NCBI GenBank assembly: GCA_017462385.1
Contig: JAFTRE010000024.1
Span: forward strand, 48,925 to 112,924
Reading direction: 5' to 3'
Source of the DNA: Clostridia bacterium
GTDB taxonomy: Bacteria; Bacillota; Clostridia; Oscillospirales; CAG-272
Length of the DNA stretch: 64,000 bases
The position numbers and the translations under genes are program-made. The notes below the pieces were generated by a model, which searched no databases, was not told the DNA's origin, and worked only from the letters and a program-made list of their open reading frames with translations. Shown here piece after piece: positions 47,528-56,019 of this stretch; within the stretch, counting starts at the first letter, position 1, and each line of letters begins with the position of its first letter.

Positions 47528-48058
47528 TTAAGCCTCGACCGGAGCGGCTTCTTCCGCATCGCCACCGCCCAACTTGTCTGCAACAGCTTTGATAGCGTAT
47601 GCAAAGTTGTAAAGAGGGGACTGGATGCTTCCGAGGAACTTGGCGACAAGAACTTCCTTGGAGGGAATGTCGGCAAGTGCAATAACTGTCTTATCGTCGA
47701 TGACTTCACCATCGAGATAGCCGGCAAGGATCTTAAAGGACTCGATCTTTTCGGCATATGTTTTGAGTATCTTTGCGGGAGCGATAGGATCGTTTTCGCT
47801 GATAGCGATAGCGGTCATACCCTCGAGATGCTCCTTCATAGCGCCGTATCCGACTTCGTCACAAGCTCTGCCGGTCAGAGAGTTTTTCATAACCATGTAC
47901 TTAACGCCTGCTTCGCGCAGAGCCTTACGCATCTTGGTATCGTCTTCGACAGTGATTCCCTGATAATTGACCAGAACGCCGGCGGGAGATGCTTTCATCA
48001 TCTCTGCAAGATCCGCGACGATCTGCTTTTTTTGCTCAAGAATAGCATTACTAGGCAT
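47528..48058 (-). CDS. rplJ: 50S ribosomal protein L10
   Basis: MPSNAILEQKKQIVADLAEMMK; precedes rplL. GGAGGTG RBS before ATG 48058 (the longer ORF-track start is rejected). Confidence 0.93.
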   Translation of the reverse strand: MPSNAILEQKKQIVADLAEMMKASPAGVLVNYQGITVEDDTKMRKALREAGVKYMVMKNSLTGRACDEVGYGAMKEHLEGMTAIAISENDPIAPAKILKTYAEKIESFKILAGYLDGEVIDDKTVIALADIPSKEVLVAKFLGSIQSPLYNFAYAIKAVADKLGGGDAEEAAPVEA

Positions 48059-48228
48059 TTGTGTTTCACCTCCCAATGTGAAATACGGAAAATAAATATA
48101 TCCTTCTTCCGAAAGACCAAGCTTCGCAGAAGAAGGATAACAGCCGCGCAAATGCGCGAAAAAAGCTATTACACATCCTCGGCAGGAGAGCTTTAAGCCT
48201 TTACGGAAACCTGCTGTCTTTGGATAAC
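48059..48228 (-). promoter_or_regulatory. rplJ leader with terminator-like attenuator hairpin (L10-leader-like)
   Basis: ~170-nt 5' UTR. On the minus strand, ATCCTTCTTC...GAAGAAGGAT (48138..48100) is followed by ATATTTATTTT. The element CTGTTATCC occurs twice, which could support alternative pairing. No covariance-model match was run. Confidence 0.5.
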
Positions 48229-48234
48229 AGACGA

Positions 48235-48263
48235 ATTATAGCACATTCTGCGTGGCTTGTCAA
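48235..48263 (-). promoter_or_regulatory. Consensus sigma-A promoter of rplJL
   Basis: Minus strand reads TTGACA, 17 nt, TATAAT, with TG at the extended -10 position (TGCTATAAT). Confidence 0.7.
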
Positions 48264-48286
48264 TAGCTTTTTGAAAAAAATTCAAA

Positions 48287-48841
48287 TTATTTTATATCGG
48301 AATTATTTCGGATTATACGTTCGGCGCAACGCAATATTCGGGAGCGCAACCAATCCGGTTTTAATATTTGTATATCTGAATCCAGAGACATGATGACGCT
48401 CATGAATTTTTCGATACTGTGAAATTCGCAACGATAGATATTATCTCCGATTCGGTCCGTGATATAGTTGCCGAGCTCGACAACCGTTAATCGATCCGAT
48501 AGCTTTAATTCGGCCGAATAGGGGACTTGGAGCTGGACAACGGTGTTTTCAGCGGATTGCGCATCGGCATCGTGCATGGGGGATTCGGCAACTATTCCGT
48601 TGTAGTCTTCGTTATTGGCTGTAGTAAGGGCAATTGGAAGCGTAAATTCTTCGGTGTAGTAAAATCCTTTGCGATCATAATCGTATGCGATGGGGGCAGA
48701 GAGCTTTGCACGCAGAAAATCCACGTCTCGCTGCGCTTGTCGGTGCGAAATGTTGAAGCGTTCGGCAAGGCGTTTGGCATTGGGATAACTCATCTCGGAA
48801 ATTTTTTTGTGAAGCCATTGAATGCGAAGATTTGCCGACAT
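48287..48841 (-). CDS. HTH transcriptional regulator (YafY/HTH_11-like N-terminus, WCX-like C-terminus, no clear WYL domain)
   Basis: YPNAKRLAERFNISHRQAQRDVDFLRAKLSAPIAYDYDRKGFYY resembles the HTH_11 plus linker of YafY-type regulators. C-terminal IQILKPDWLRSRI is WCX-like. GGGGG-type RBS before ATG 48841. Confidence 0.55.
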   Translation of the reverse strand: MSANLRIQWLHKKISEMSYPNAKRLAERFNISHRQAQRDVDFLRAKLSAPIAYDYDRKGFYYTEEFTLPIALTTANNEDYNGIVAESPMHDADAQSAENTVVQLQVPYSAELKLSDRLTVVELGNYITDRIGDNIYRCEFHSIEKFMSVIMSLDSDIQILKPDWLRSRILRCAERIIRNNSDIK

Positions 48842-48863
48842 AATATTTGCCCCCTTTCCTTTT

Positions 48864-49703
48864 TTATTGTTGTTCGTTCTCTTGGGCCGTGTCGGTGTCG
48901 TTGGTCGCTGCGGTGTCCTGTGTACTTTGAAGTGCAATAAAATCTACGGCGCGACATATTTCATAAAATGAAAACAGCAATGCCGAGATCGCCGTGGGTA
49001 TGAATTCAGGCACTGTGTACGTGCCGGTTATATACATTATAATAAAGGTAAGTGAAAGCACAGTGGAAAGGCATATACCTATGAGGGTAGATACGGCATA
49101 TGCACGGGGAAGAGAACGTTCGGTCAGATAACGGGTTTCATATAGCATGAAAAACATTACAGACATCATAGAGAGCATCAATAATATTTTAATGGGGCTG
49201 TTCATGGTTACGAACCTATTGACATATGCCTCGGTCATGGCTATTGCCGCCCATAAAATAACTACTATTCCGAACAATGCGCGAATATTGTTTTGTGATC
49301 TTGGGAATATGGCATTTAATGCAAAGAATACCGATGACAGCAATGTCATTGCTGTACAGATGGTTGCAAGCGCAGATGCGGGGACAAATATTAATCTAAA
49401 TATGGAGCATATAATAAATCCAACAGAAACAGCTATCGATGCTGTACGCGACAATTCTGAGACGGTGGGAGGAGTGCCGCATAACTTCCCCTTGGGGATT
49501 GATATAAATAATGTGAATATCCATACGACTGTAAAAATAAGCAGGTATTTTGCGATGTAAGGCAGTGGGGAGTTGCCGGAGAAATAAGCTATGGGAGTGT
49601 CAAAGGCGAACATGAAGCTTAATATATATACGATAGTTGTCAGCGCGACGGCGATGAACGATGAATAAAAATAAATCTTTATTTTGTTTGAAAGGCGGCT
49701 CAT
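48864..49703 (-). CDS. Polytopic membrane protein of unknown function
   Basis: 279 aa with about 7-8 hydrophobic segments and an acidic/polar C-terminal tail. No family motif recognised. Same strand as the HTH gene, 22 nt upstream of it. Confidence 0.6.
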   Translation of the reverse strand: MSRLSNKIKIYFYSSFIAVALTTIVYILSFMFAFDTPIAYFSGNSPLPYIAKYLLIFTVVWIFTLFISIPKGKLCGTPPTVSELSRTASIAVSVGFIICSIFRLIFVPASALATICTAMTLLSSVFFALNAIFPRSQNNIRALFGIVVILWAAIAMTEAYVNRFVTMNSPIKILLMLSMMSVMFFMLYETRYLTERSLPRAYAVSTLIGICLSTVLSLTFIIMYITGTYTVPEFIPTAISALLFSFYEICRAVDFIALQSTQDTAATNDTDTAQENEQQ

Positions 49704-49890
49704 GCTAAATTACCTCATGAAAATATATTCATAATTAATTATACCTTATATTTGTGAACAAAATGTAAACAACGAGCGCTCAGCGGGAGTTTTTTAACAA
49801 AATATGCAGAGGCATCAGTTTTGGTTAATGTGCACAAAAAATAGGCTGCAAAAACTCTAAAATTCTACAGCAAAAAAGATGACAATATTG

Positions 49891-49919
49891 TTGATTTATT
49901 GTCACAAATATGATATAAT
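49891..49919 (+). promoter_or_regulatory. Putative strong sigma-A promoter upstream of the S10 operon
   Basis: TTGATT, 17 nt, TATAAT, with an extended -10 (TGATATAAT). Confidence 0.55.
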
Positions 49920-49925
49920 TATCTC

Positions 49926-50116
49926 CGCTTGATATGCGATGAAGTGGAAGGTTGCTGCTGCGGCAGGTAATTTCCACGGAGTATGTCCGTAAATCGGGCG
50001 GCAATAATTCCGAGTAGCACTGCGACAGTTGACCCGCTGTCACAGGCCGGCAGTGCTTCATGCTTTCTCCCGGATGTTGTTACGCAATGCTGAGCGTTGG
50101 CAACTTCGGTTTTTTA
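49926..50116 (+). ncRNA. Candidate ~190-nt structured leader RNA / attenuator (or independent sRNA) ending in an intrinsic terminator
   Basis: Several local helices: UGGAA 49945-49 / UUCCA 49972-76, enclosing CUGC-UGCG-GCAG; CGGA-GUAUG-UCCG 49977-89; AGCACUGC 50016-23 / GCAGUGCU 50050-57, enclosing GACAG...CUGUC. Terminator hairpin CCGGAUGUUGUUACGC...GCGUUGGCAACUUCGG 50070-50109 plus U6. Family not identified. Confidence 0.45.
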
Positions 50117-50249
50117 CAGGGAAGGCGATGAAACACACGGCGGCGTGTTGAAAGGGATTTGCGCCACTTCAAAAACATCGGTTGAAAACGAGCATCCTTA
50201 TAATATATAGGGGCTCGGAACCGACGAAATCGAAGAAGGAGGCACAAAA

Positions 50250-50561
50250 ATGGCAGTCAATGAAAAAATCAGAATCCGTCTTAAAAGCTATGATCACACA
50301 TTGATCGACACTGCAGCGCAGAAGATCGTTGAGATCGCCAAAAGACAGGGTGCGACCGTTTCCGGTCCTGTTCCGCTCCCGACTGAGAAGGAGATCGTCA
50401 CGATCCTTCGTGCAGTCCACAAGTATAAGGACAGCCGTGAGCAGTTTGAATACCGCACTCACAAGAGACTGATCGACATTATCAGACCCAGCAAGAAGCT
50501 TGTTGAGGATCTGATGAACGTTGAGCTCCCTGCGGGTGTTGAGATCGAGATCAAATTATAA
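50250..50561 (+). CDS. rpsJ: 30S ribosomal protein S10
   Basis: [14 protein letters not shown]...VSGPVPLPT motifs. GAAGGAGG RBS. Confidence 0.97.
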   Translation: MAVNEKIRIRLKSYDHTLIDTAAQKIVEIAKRQGATVSGPVPLPTEKEIVTILRAVHKYKDSREQFEYRTHKRLIDIIRPSKKLVEDLMNVELPAGVEIEIKL

Positions 50562-50687
50562 TATCAAGCGTTCGCGATCAAAGCACTGCAAAATTACCCA
50601 ATAGCCGCTGGGCGGCATTGTTGGTCATGTTGGCGCAACCCGAAAGGGAAATCCCAAAACGCCAACCAATAACCTACAGGAGAAAAA

Positions 50688-51317
50688 ATGAAAAAAGCAA
50701 TCATCGGCAAGAAGCTGGGTATGACACAGATCTTCGACGAGAAGGGTAACGTCATTCCGGTAACTGTCATCGAAGCGGGTCCGTGCGTTGTTGCACAGAA
50801 GAAGACTGTTGAAAAAGACGGCTATGACGCGCTTCAGCTCGGCTACATGGATGTTAAAGAGAAGCATCTCAACAAGCCTGAGATCGGTCACTTTGCGGCA
50901 GCAGGTGTTGCGGCAAAGAAGCACCTCAAGGAGTTCCGTCTTGACGACTGCTCCGCGTATAACGTTGGCGACACAATATCTGTCGATACCTTCGCCGCAG
51001 GCGACAAGGTCGACGTAACGGGTATTACTAAGGGCCGTGGTTATACCGGCGCTATCAAGCGTTGGAATCTCCACAAACTCAGAATGACACACGGTGTCGG
51101 TCCTGTACACCGTCAGTCCGGATCTATGGGCGTTATTGACCCCGCGAGAATCTTCAAAAACAAGAAGATGGCCGGTCAGTACGGTAATGAACAGGTCACC
51201 ATACTCAATCTTAAGGTTGTTAAGATCGATACGGAAAACAATCTCATCGCCATCAAGGGCGCCATCCCTGGTGCTAAAGACGGCATAGTGTTTGTCCGTG
51301 AATCGATCAAAGCATAA
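50688..51317 (+). CDS. rplC: 50S ribosomal protein L3
   Basis: [28 protein letters not shown]; conserved order. Confidence 0.97.
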   Translation: MKKAIIGKKLGMTQIFDEKGNVIPVTVIEAGPCVVAQKKTVEKDGYDALQLGYMDVKEKHLNKPEIGHFAAAGVAAKKHLKEFRLDDCSAYNVGDTISVDTFAAGDKVDVTGITKGRGYTGAIKRWNLHKLRMTHGVGPVHRQSGSMGVIDPARIFKNKKMAGQYGNEQVTILNLKVVKIDTENNLIAIKGAIPGAKDGIVFVRESIKA

Positions 51318-51336
51318 GCGGTAAGGAGGAAGAACA

Positions 51337-51960
51337 ATGCCTAACGTAAAAGTAATGGACATGGCCGGCAAAGAAGTCGGCGAGATCACACTGTCCGATG
51401 TTATCTTCGGCGCAGATGTGAATGAAGCAGTTCTCCATGCCGCAGTAAGAGCTTACCTGCTCAATCAGAGACAGGGAACTCAGTCCACTCTCACCCGCGG
51501 TGAGGTATCCGGCGGTGGTAAGAAGCCTTGGAGACAGAAGGGTACCGGTAGAGCACGTCAGGGCTCGACCCGCTCTCCTCAGTGGACACACGGCGGTATC
51601 GCTCTTGGCCCGAAGCCCAGAAGCTACCGCACCGGCATGAACAAGAAAACCAAGAGAGCCGCTCTTTACAGCGCTCTGTCTGCTAAAGTCGCTGCAGGCG
51701 ATCTGATCGTTGTTGATGAGATCAAATGCGAATCTTTCAGCACTAAGACCGTGGTTGCAATGCTGAATGCGCTCGGAGCTGACAGAAAGGCTCTTATAGT
51801 ACTTCCCGAGGTTGACCGTTTCGTGGTTAAGAGCTGCGCAAACATCCCGGGAGTTCAGACCGCTCTTTACAATACGATCAATGTGTACGACATTCTGAAT
51901 GCCGACAAGTTCATCGTATCCAAGGCTGCGGTTGCAATGCTTGAGGAGGTATATGCGTAA
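51337..51960 (+). CDS. rplD: 50S ribosomal protein L4
   Basis: RQGTQSTLTRGEVSGGGKKPWRQKGTGRARQGS motif. Confidence 0.97.
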   Translation: MPNVKVMDMAGKEVGEITLSDVIFGADVNEAVLHAAVRAYLLNQRQGTQSTLTRGEVSGGGKKPWRQKGTGRARQGSTRSPQWTHGGIALGPKPRSYRTGMNKKTKRAALYSALSAKVAAGDLIVVDEIKCESFSTKTVVAMLNALGADRKALIVLPEVDRFVVKSCANIPGVQTALYNTINVYDILNADKFIVSKAAVAMLEEVYA

Positions 51961-52382
51961 TGAGTAGAATGGCACAGGACATTATCCTTGCTCCCGTCAT
52001 TTCCGAGGAGAGCTTCGCTCTTATGTCCGGCGAGAAAAACAAGGTACGCAAGGACCCCAAAGAGGTAATGAAGTCCGAAAGATACAAGAACAAGGTTGCT
52101 AAGGCTGAAAAGGCTGGCAAGACCGTGCGTGAGCCTCTCGCTCCCGCTCCTATCTGCAAGAAGTATGTTTTCCGTGTGGACAAGAAGGCTACCAAGCCCG
52201 AAATCGCACATGCAGTTGAGGAACTGTTCAATGTTCAGGTCAAGGACGTAAACGTTATCAACATGAAGAGAAAGCCCAAGAAGCTCGGCGTTCACGAGGG
52301 TTACACATCCGCTTGGAAAAAGGCGATCGTCACGCTCAAGCCCGAGTCGAATACCATCGAGTTCTTCGAAGGTATGAACTGA
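51960..52382 (+). CDS. rplW: 50S ribosomal protein L23 with ~42-aa internal Lys-rich insertion
   Basis: The ends align with canonical L23 (DIILAPVISEES...; KYVFRVDKKATKPEIAHAVEELFNVQV...YTSAWKKAIVTL). 140 aa versus about 95-100 aa typical. Confidence 0.9.
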   Translation: MSRMAQDIILAPVISEESFALMSGEKNKVRKDPKEVMKSERYKNKVAKAEKAGKTVREPLAPAPICKKYVFRVDKKATKPEIAHAVEELFNVQVKDVNVINMKRKPKKLGVHEGYTSAWKKAIVTLKPESNTIEFFEGMN

Positions 52383-52402
52383 TAGCGGGAGGTTGAAGCA
52401 AA

Positions 52403-53233
52403 ATGCCTACAATTAAGTATAAGCCGACTACCCCGGCAAGAAGAAATATGACCGTCCCGACCTTCGAGGAGATCACAAAGTATGCCCCCGAAAAGTCGCT
52501 GACAGTTATCAAGAAAAAGAATGCCGGTCGTAACAGCTACGGCCGCATCACCGTTCGCCACAGAGGCGGCGGAAACAAGGTCAAGTACAGAATCATCGAC
52601 TTCAAGCGTCAGAACACTTCTCCCGCAACTGTTATCGGTGTTGAGTACGACCCCAACCGTTCTGCTTACATCGCTCTTCTTGAGAATGAAGCAGGCGAGA
52701 GAAGCTACATCATTGCTCCTCTCGGACTCACCGATGGTGATAAGGTATATTCCGGCGCGGATGCCGACATCAAGCCCGGCAACACACTGCCGATTGCCAA
52801 TATCCCCGTTGGTACCATGATCCACAACATCGAGCTTTACCCCGGTAAGGGCGCACAGCTTGCTCGTTCCGCAGGTGTTTTCGCACAGCTTATCGCTAAG
52901 GAAAACGGCTCTGCACAGGTAAGACTGCCCTCCGGTGAGGTCAGAATCGTTCGCCTTGACTGCAAGGCAACTATCGGTCAGGTCGGCAACATCGAGCACG
53001 ACACAGTTAAAGTTGGTAAAGCCGGTAAGACCCGTCACAAGGGCATACGCCCGACGGTTCGTGGTTCTGTCATGAACCCCTGCGATCACCCTCACGGTGG
53101 TGGTGAAGGTAAGTCTCCGGTCGGACATCCCGGCCCGCTTACTCCTTGGGGCAAGCCTGCTCTTGGTTATAAGACCAGAAACAAGAAGGCAAGAACCGAT
53201 AAATTCATTGTGAAACGCAGAAACGCTAAATAA
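52403..53233 (+). CDS. rplB: 50S ribosomal protein L2
   Basis: [16 protein letters not shown] and [13 protein letters not shown] motifs. Confidence 0.97.
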   Translation: MPTIKYKPTTPARRNMTVPTFEEITKYAPEKSLTVIKKKNAGRNSYGRITVRHRGGGNKVKYRIIDFKRQNTSPATVIGVEYDPNRSAYIALLENEAGERSYIIAPLGLTDGDKVYSGADADIKPGNTLPIANIPVGTMIHNIELYPGKGAQLARSAGVFAQLIAKENGSAQVRLPSGEVRIVRLDCKATIGQVGNIEHDTVKVGKAGKTRHKGIRPTVRGSVMNPCDHPHGGGEGKSPVGHPGPLTPWGKPALGYKTRNKKARTDKFIVKRRNAK

Positions 53234-53247
53234 GGAGGGAATATAGA

Positions 53248-53529
53248 ATGAGCAGAAGTTTGAAAAAAGCGCCGTTCGTGGAAGCTAAGCTCTACGCTCG
53301 TATCTGCGCTATGAACGAGAAAAACGAGAAGAAAGTTCTCAAGACCTGGTCCCGCGCATCTACCATATTCCCTGAGTTCGTCGGTCATACGATCGCGGTT
53401 CACGATGGTAAGAAGCACGTTCCGGTTTATGTGACTGAGGATATGGTCGGTCACAAACTCGGCGAGTTTGCGCCCACACGCACCTTCAAGGGTCATGCGG
53501 GTTCCAAGACATCCAACAACGGTAAATAA
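53248..53529 (+). CDS. rpsS: 30S ribosomal protein S19
   Basis: [11 protein letters not shown]...[17 protein letters not shown]...[16 protein letters not shown]. Confidence 0.97.
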   Translation: MSRSLKKAPFVEAKLYARICAMNEKNEKKVLKTWSRASTIFPEFVGHTIAVHDGKKHVPVYVTEDMVGHKLGEFAPTRTFKGHAGSKTSNNGK

Positions 53530-53552
53530 TGCAAAGGGAGGAACACATCAGA

Positions 53553-53894
53553 ATGGAAGCAAAAGCATATCTGCGTGATGCAAGACTTTCCCCGCGCAAG
53601 GTTAAGTTCGTCCTCGACCTCATCAGAGGCAAGGACGCGGGTGTCGCTATGGCGATCCTCAAAAATCTCAACAAGGGATCGTCCCCGTACCTGGTTAAAC
53701 TGCTGGGAAGCGCAATTGCAAACGCTGAACACAATTTTCAAATGGACACGTCCAAGCTTTATATCTCCGAGTGCTTCGTCTGCCAGGGACATATGAAGTA
53801 CAACAAGCGCCGCAACCCCAGAGCAAAGGGTAGCGCAGACAGAATTCTCAGAAGAACCTGTCACGTGACAATCGCTGTCAAGGAAAGAGCATAA
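53553..53894 (+). CDS. rplV: 50S ribosomal protein L22
   Basis: MEAKAYLRDARLSPRKVKFVLDLIRGK. GGGAGG RBS before ATG 53553. Confidence 0.95.
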   Translation: MEAKAYLRDARLSPRKVKFVLDLIRGKDAGVAMAILKNLNKGSSPYLVKLLGSAIANAEHNFQMDTSKLYISECFVCQGHMKYNKRRNPRAKGSADRILRRTCHVTIAVKERA

Positions 53895-53908
53895 GGAGGG
53901 TAAGCTGA

Positions 53909-54688
53909 ATGGGACAGAAAGTTAATCCCCACGGACTTCGTGTGGGCGTAATCAAGAACTGGGATTCAAGATGGTATGTCAAGGATGAAGAATTCGGCGA
54001 TACCCTTGTTTCCGATTACAACGTCAGAAAATTCCTTAAAGAGACCTTCAAAAACGCAGGCGTTCCTAAAATCGAGATCGAGCGCACAGCTAAAAATGTG
54101 AAGATCACTGTTCACTGCGCAAAGCCCGGTATGCTCATCGGTCACGGCGGTGCAGAGAAGGAAAAGTATAAGGCAATTCTTGAGGATATGCTGGGTAAGG
54201 ATGTCAGACTCGACATCGTCGAGGTAAGACAGCCCGACCTTAATGCACAGTTGGTTGCAGAGAATATTGCTTCTCAGCTTGAGAGACGTATCTCTTTCCG
54301 CCGTGCAATGAAGATGGCTATCCGCAATACAATGCGTCTGGGTGCTAAGGGTATTAAGATATCCTGCGGCGGTAGACTTGGCGGCGCCGAGATCGCGCGT
54401 ACCGAGCACTACCACGAGGGAACCATCCCGCTGCAGACACTCAGAGCTGATATCGACTACGGTTTCTGGGAAGCTAACACCACCTACGGTAAGATCGGTA
54501 TCAAGGTCTGGATCTACAGAGGCGAGGTTCTCAACGATGTAAACAGACAGGGTTATAACCCTCGCGACAACCGCGATCGCAGAGATCGTAGAGATAACCG
54601 TGATCGCAGAGGCCACGGTGATCGCAGACCTTCTCGCGACGGCGCACCTCGCACTGACAGAGCTCCGAGAGAAGGAGGCAAGAGATAA
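53909..54688 (+). CDS. rpsC: 30S ribosomal protein S3 with Arg/Asp-repeat C-terminal extension
   Basis: [13 protein letters not shown] and KH-domain motifs. 259 aa, with a tail reading [28 protein letters not shown].... Confidence 0.95.
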   Translation: MGQKVNPHGLRVGVIKNWDSRWYVKDEEFGDTLVSDYNVRKFLKETFKNAGVPKIEIERTAKNVKITVHCAKPGMLIGHGGAEKEKYKAILEDMLGKDVRLDIVEVRQPDLNAQLVAENIASQLERRISFRRAMKMAIRNTMRLGAKGIKISCGGRLGGAEIARTEHYHEGTIPLQTLRADIDYGFWEANTTYGKIGIKVWIYRGEVLNDVNRQGYNPRDNRDRRDRRDNRDRRGHGDRRPSRDGAPRTDRAPREGGKR

Positions 54689-54689
54689 A

Positions 54690-55109
54690 ATGTTAATGCC
54701 CAAGAGAGTTAAGTTCCGTCGTGTACAGCGCGGCAGACTTAAAGGTAAGGCAACACGCGGCAACACGATAAGCAACGGCCAGTACGGTCTGGTGGCTCTG
54801 GAGCCGTCGTGGATTACCAGCAATCAGATAGAAGCAGCACGTATCGCAATGACACGTTATATCAAGCGTGGCGGTAAGGTTTGGATCAAGATTTTCCCTG
54901 ACAAGCCCATCACCGAGAAGCCTGCCGAGACCCGAATGGGTTCCGGTAAAGGTTCTCCCGAGTATTGGGTAGCAGTGGTTAAGCCGGGCAGAGTGCTGTT
55001 CGAAATGGACGGTGTTGATGAAAATGTAGCTCGTGAGGCTATGCGTCTTGCAGGCCACAAGCTGCCTATCAAAACCAAGTTTATGACCAGAAAGGATCAG
55101 GAGGTATAA
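54690..55109 (+). CDS. rplP: 50S ribosomal protein L16
   Basis: [30 protein letters not shown] lies inside the rpsC 3' end. Confidence 0.96.
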   Translation: MLMPKRVKFRRVQRGRLKGKATRGNTISNGQYGLVALEPSWITSNQIEAARIAMTRYIKRGGKVWIKIFPDKPITEKPAETRMGSGKGSPEYWVAVVKPGRVLFEMDGVDENVAREAMRLAGHKLPIKTKFMTRKDQEV

Positions 55110-55113
55110 AGCA

Positions 55114-55305
55114 GTGAAGATCAACGAAATCAGAGAATTGTCCGTTGACGAGCTCAACGCGAAGCTCAAAGAACTCAAGACCGAGCTGTTCAACCTCCGT
55201 TTCCAGCTTGCGATCAATCAGCTTGAAAACACCAACCGTATACCCGAGGTCAAGCGTGACATCGCTCGCGTAATGACCATCCTTTCTGAAAAGAAGGACG
55301 CATAA
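55114..55305 (+). CDS. rpmC: 50S ribosomal protein L29
   Basis: 63 aa. ELSVDELNAKLKELKTELFNLRFQ. GTG start. Confidence 0.93.
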   Translation: MKINEIRELSVDELNAKLKELKTELFNLRFQLAINQLENTNRIPEVKRDIARVMTILSEKKDA

Positions 55306-55317
55306 GGAGGACAGGTC

Positions 55318-55575
55318 ATGGAAGAAAGAAATCTCAGAAAGACCCGTGTCGGATATGTCGTTAGCGACAAGATGGATAAGACAGTTACTGTCGCCATCGT
55401 TGACAACGTAAAGCATCCTATCTACGGCAAAATCATCAAGCGTACCCTTAAAGTCCATGCAAACGACGAGCAGAATGCTTGCGGCATCGGCGATAAGGTT
55501 GAGATTATGGAGACGAGACCCCTTTCCAAAACAAAGAGATGGCGTGTCGTTGAGATAATCGAAAAAGCTAAATAA
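55318..55575 (+). CDS. rpsQ: 30S ribosomal protein S17
   Basis: [21 protein letters not shown]...KRW.V.EI. Confidence 0.95.
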   Translation: MEERNLRKTRVGYVVSDKMDKTVTVAIVDNVKHPIYGKIIKRTLKVHANDEQNACGIGDKVEIMETRPLSKTKRWRVVEIIEKAK

Positions 55576-55636
55576 TCAACACATTGTATTCATAGTAGAT
55601 ACGTCAAAGTCGTATTGAAACAGGAGGAAACACAAA

Positions 55637-56005
55637 GTGATACAGCAGCAGTCAATGATGAAGGTTGCCGATAACACCGGAGCAAAAGAGCTGATGTGTA
55701 TTCGTGTTCTTGGCGGTACCGATCGCCGTTATGCGAACATTGGCGACGTTGTGGTAGCTACCGTTAAAAAGGCAGCGCCCGGCGGCGTGGTGAAAAAGGG
55801 TCAGGTAGTCAAAGCTGTTATTGTAAGAAGCAGACACGGCATCAAGCGTGCAGACGGTTCTTACATTAAGTTTGACGAAAACTCTGCGGTAATCATAAAA
55901 GAAGACCAGAACCCCACGGGAACCCGTATCTTTGGGCCTGTGGCAAGAGAGCTTCGTGAAAAGAATTATCTTAAGATTCTTTCTCTGGCTCCCGAAGTAC
56001 TGTAA
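55637..56005 (+). CDS. rplN: 50S ribosomal protein L14
   Basis: [29 protein letters not shown] start with AGGAGG RBS. Confidence 0.96.
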   Translation: MIQQQSMMKVADNTGAKELMCIRVLGGTDRRYANIGDVVVATVKKAAPGGVVKKGQVVKAVIVRSRHGIKRADGSYIKFDENSAVIIKEDQNPTGTRIFGPVARELREKNYLKILSLAPEVL

Positions 56006-56019
56006 GGAGGAATTTAATA

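Noticed and set aside
49825-50061. 78-aa minus-strand ORF, and a possible 17-aa plus-strand leader peptide (ATG at 49939), in the region upstream of rpsJ.
   Set aside because: Neither start has a Shine-Dalgarno sequence. The region is better explained as structured non-coding RNA. The leader-peptide idea cannot be fully excluded without ribosome profiling.
54536-54688. Short tandem repeats in the rpsC 3' end, considered as a possible CRISPR or minisatellite.
   Set aside because: The repeats are in frame within S3, only about 9-18 nt long, degenerate, and have no spacers. This is a coding low-complexity tail, not a CRISPR array.
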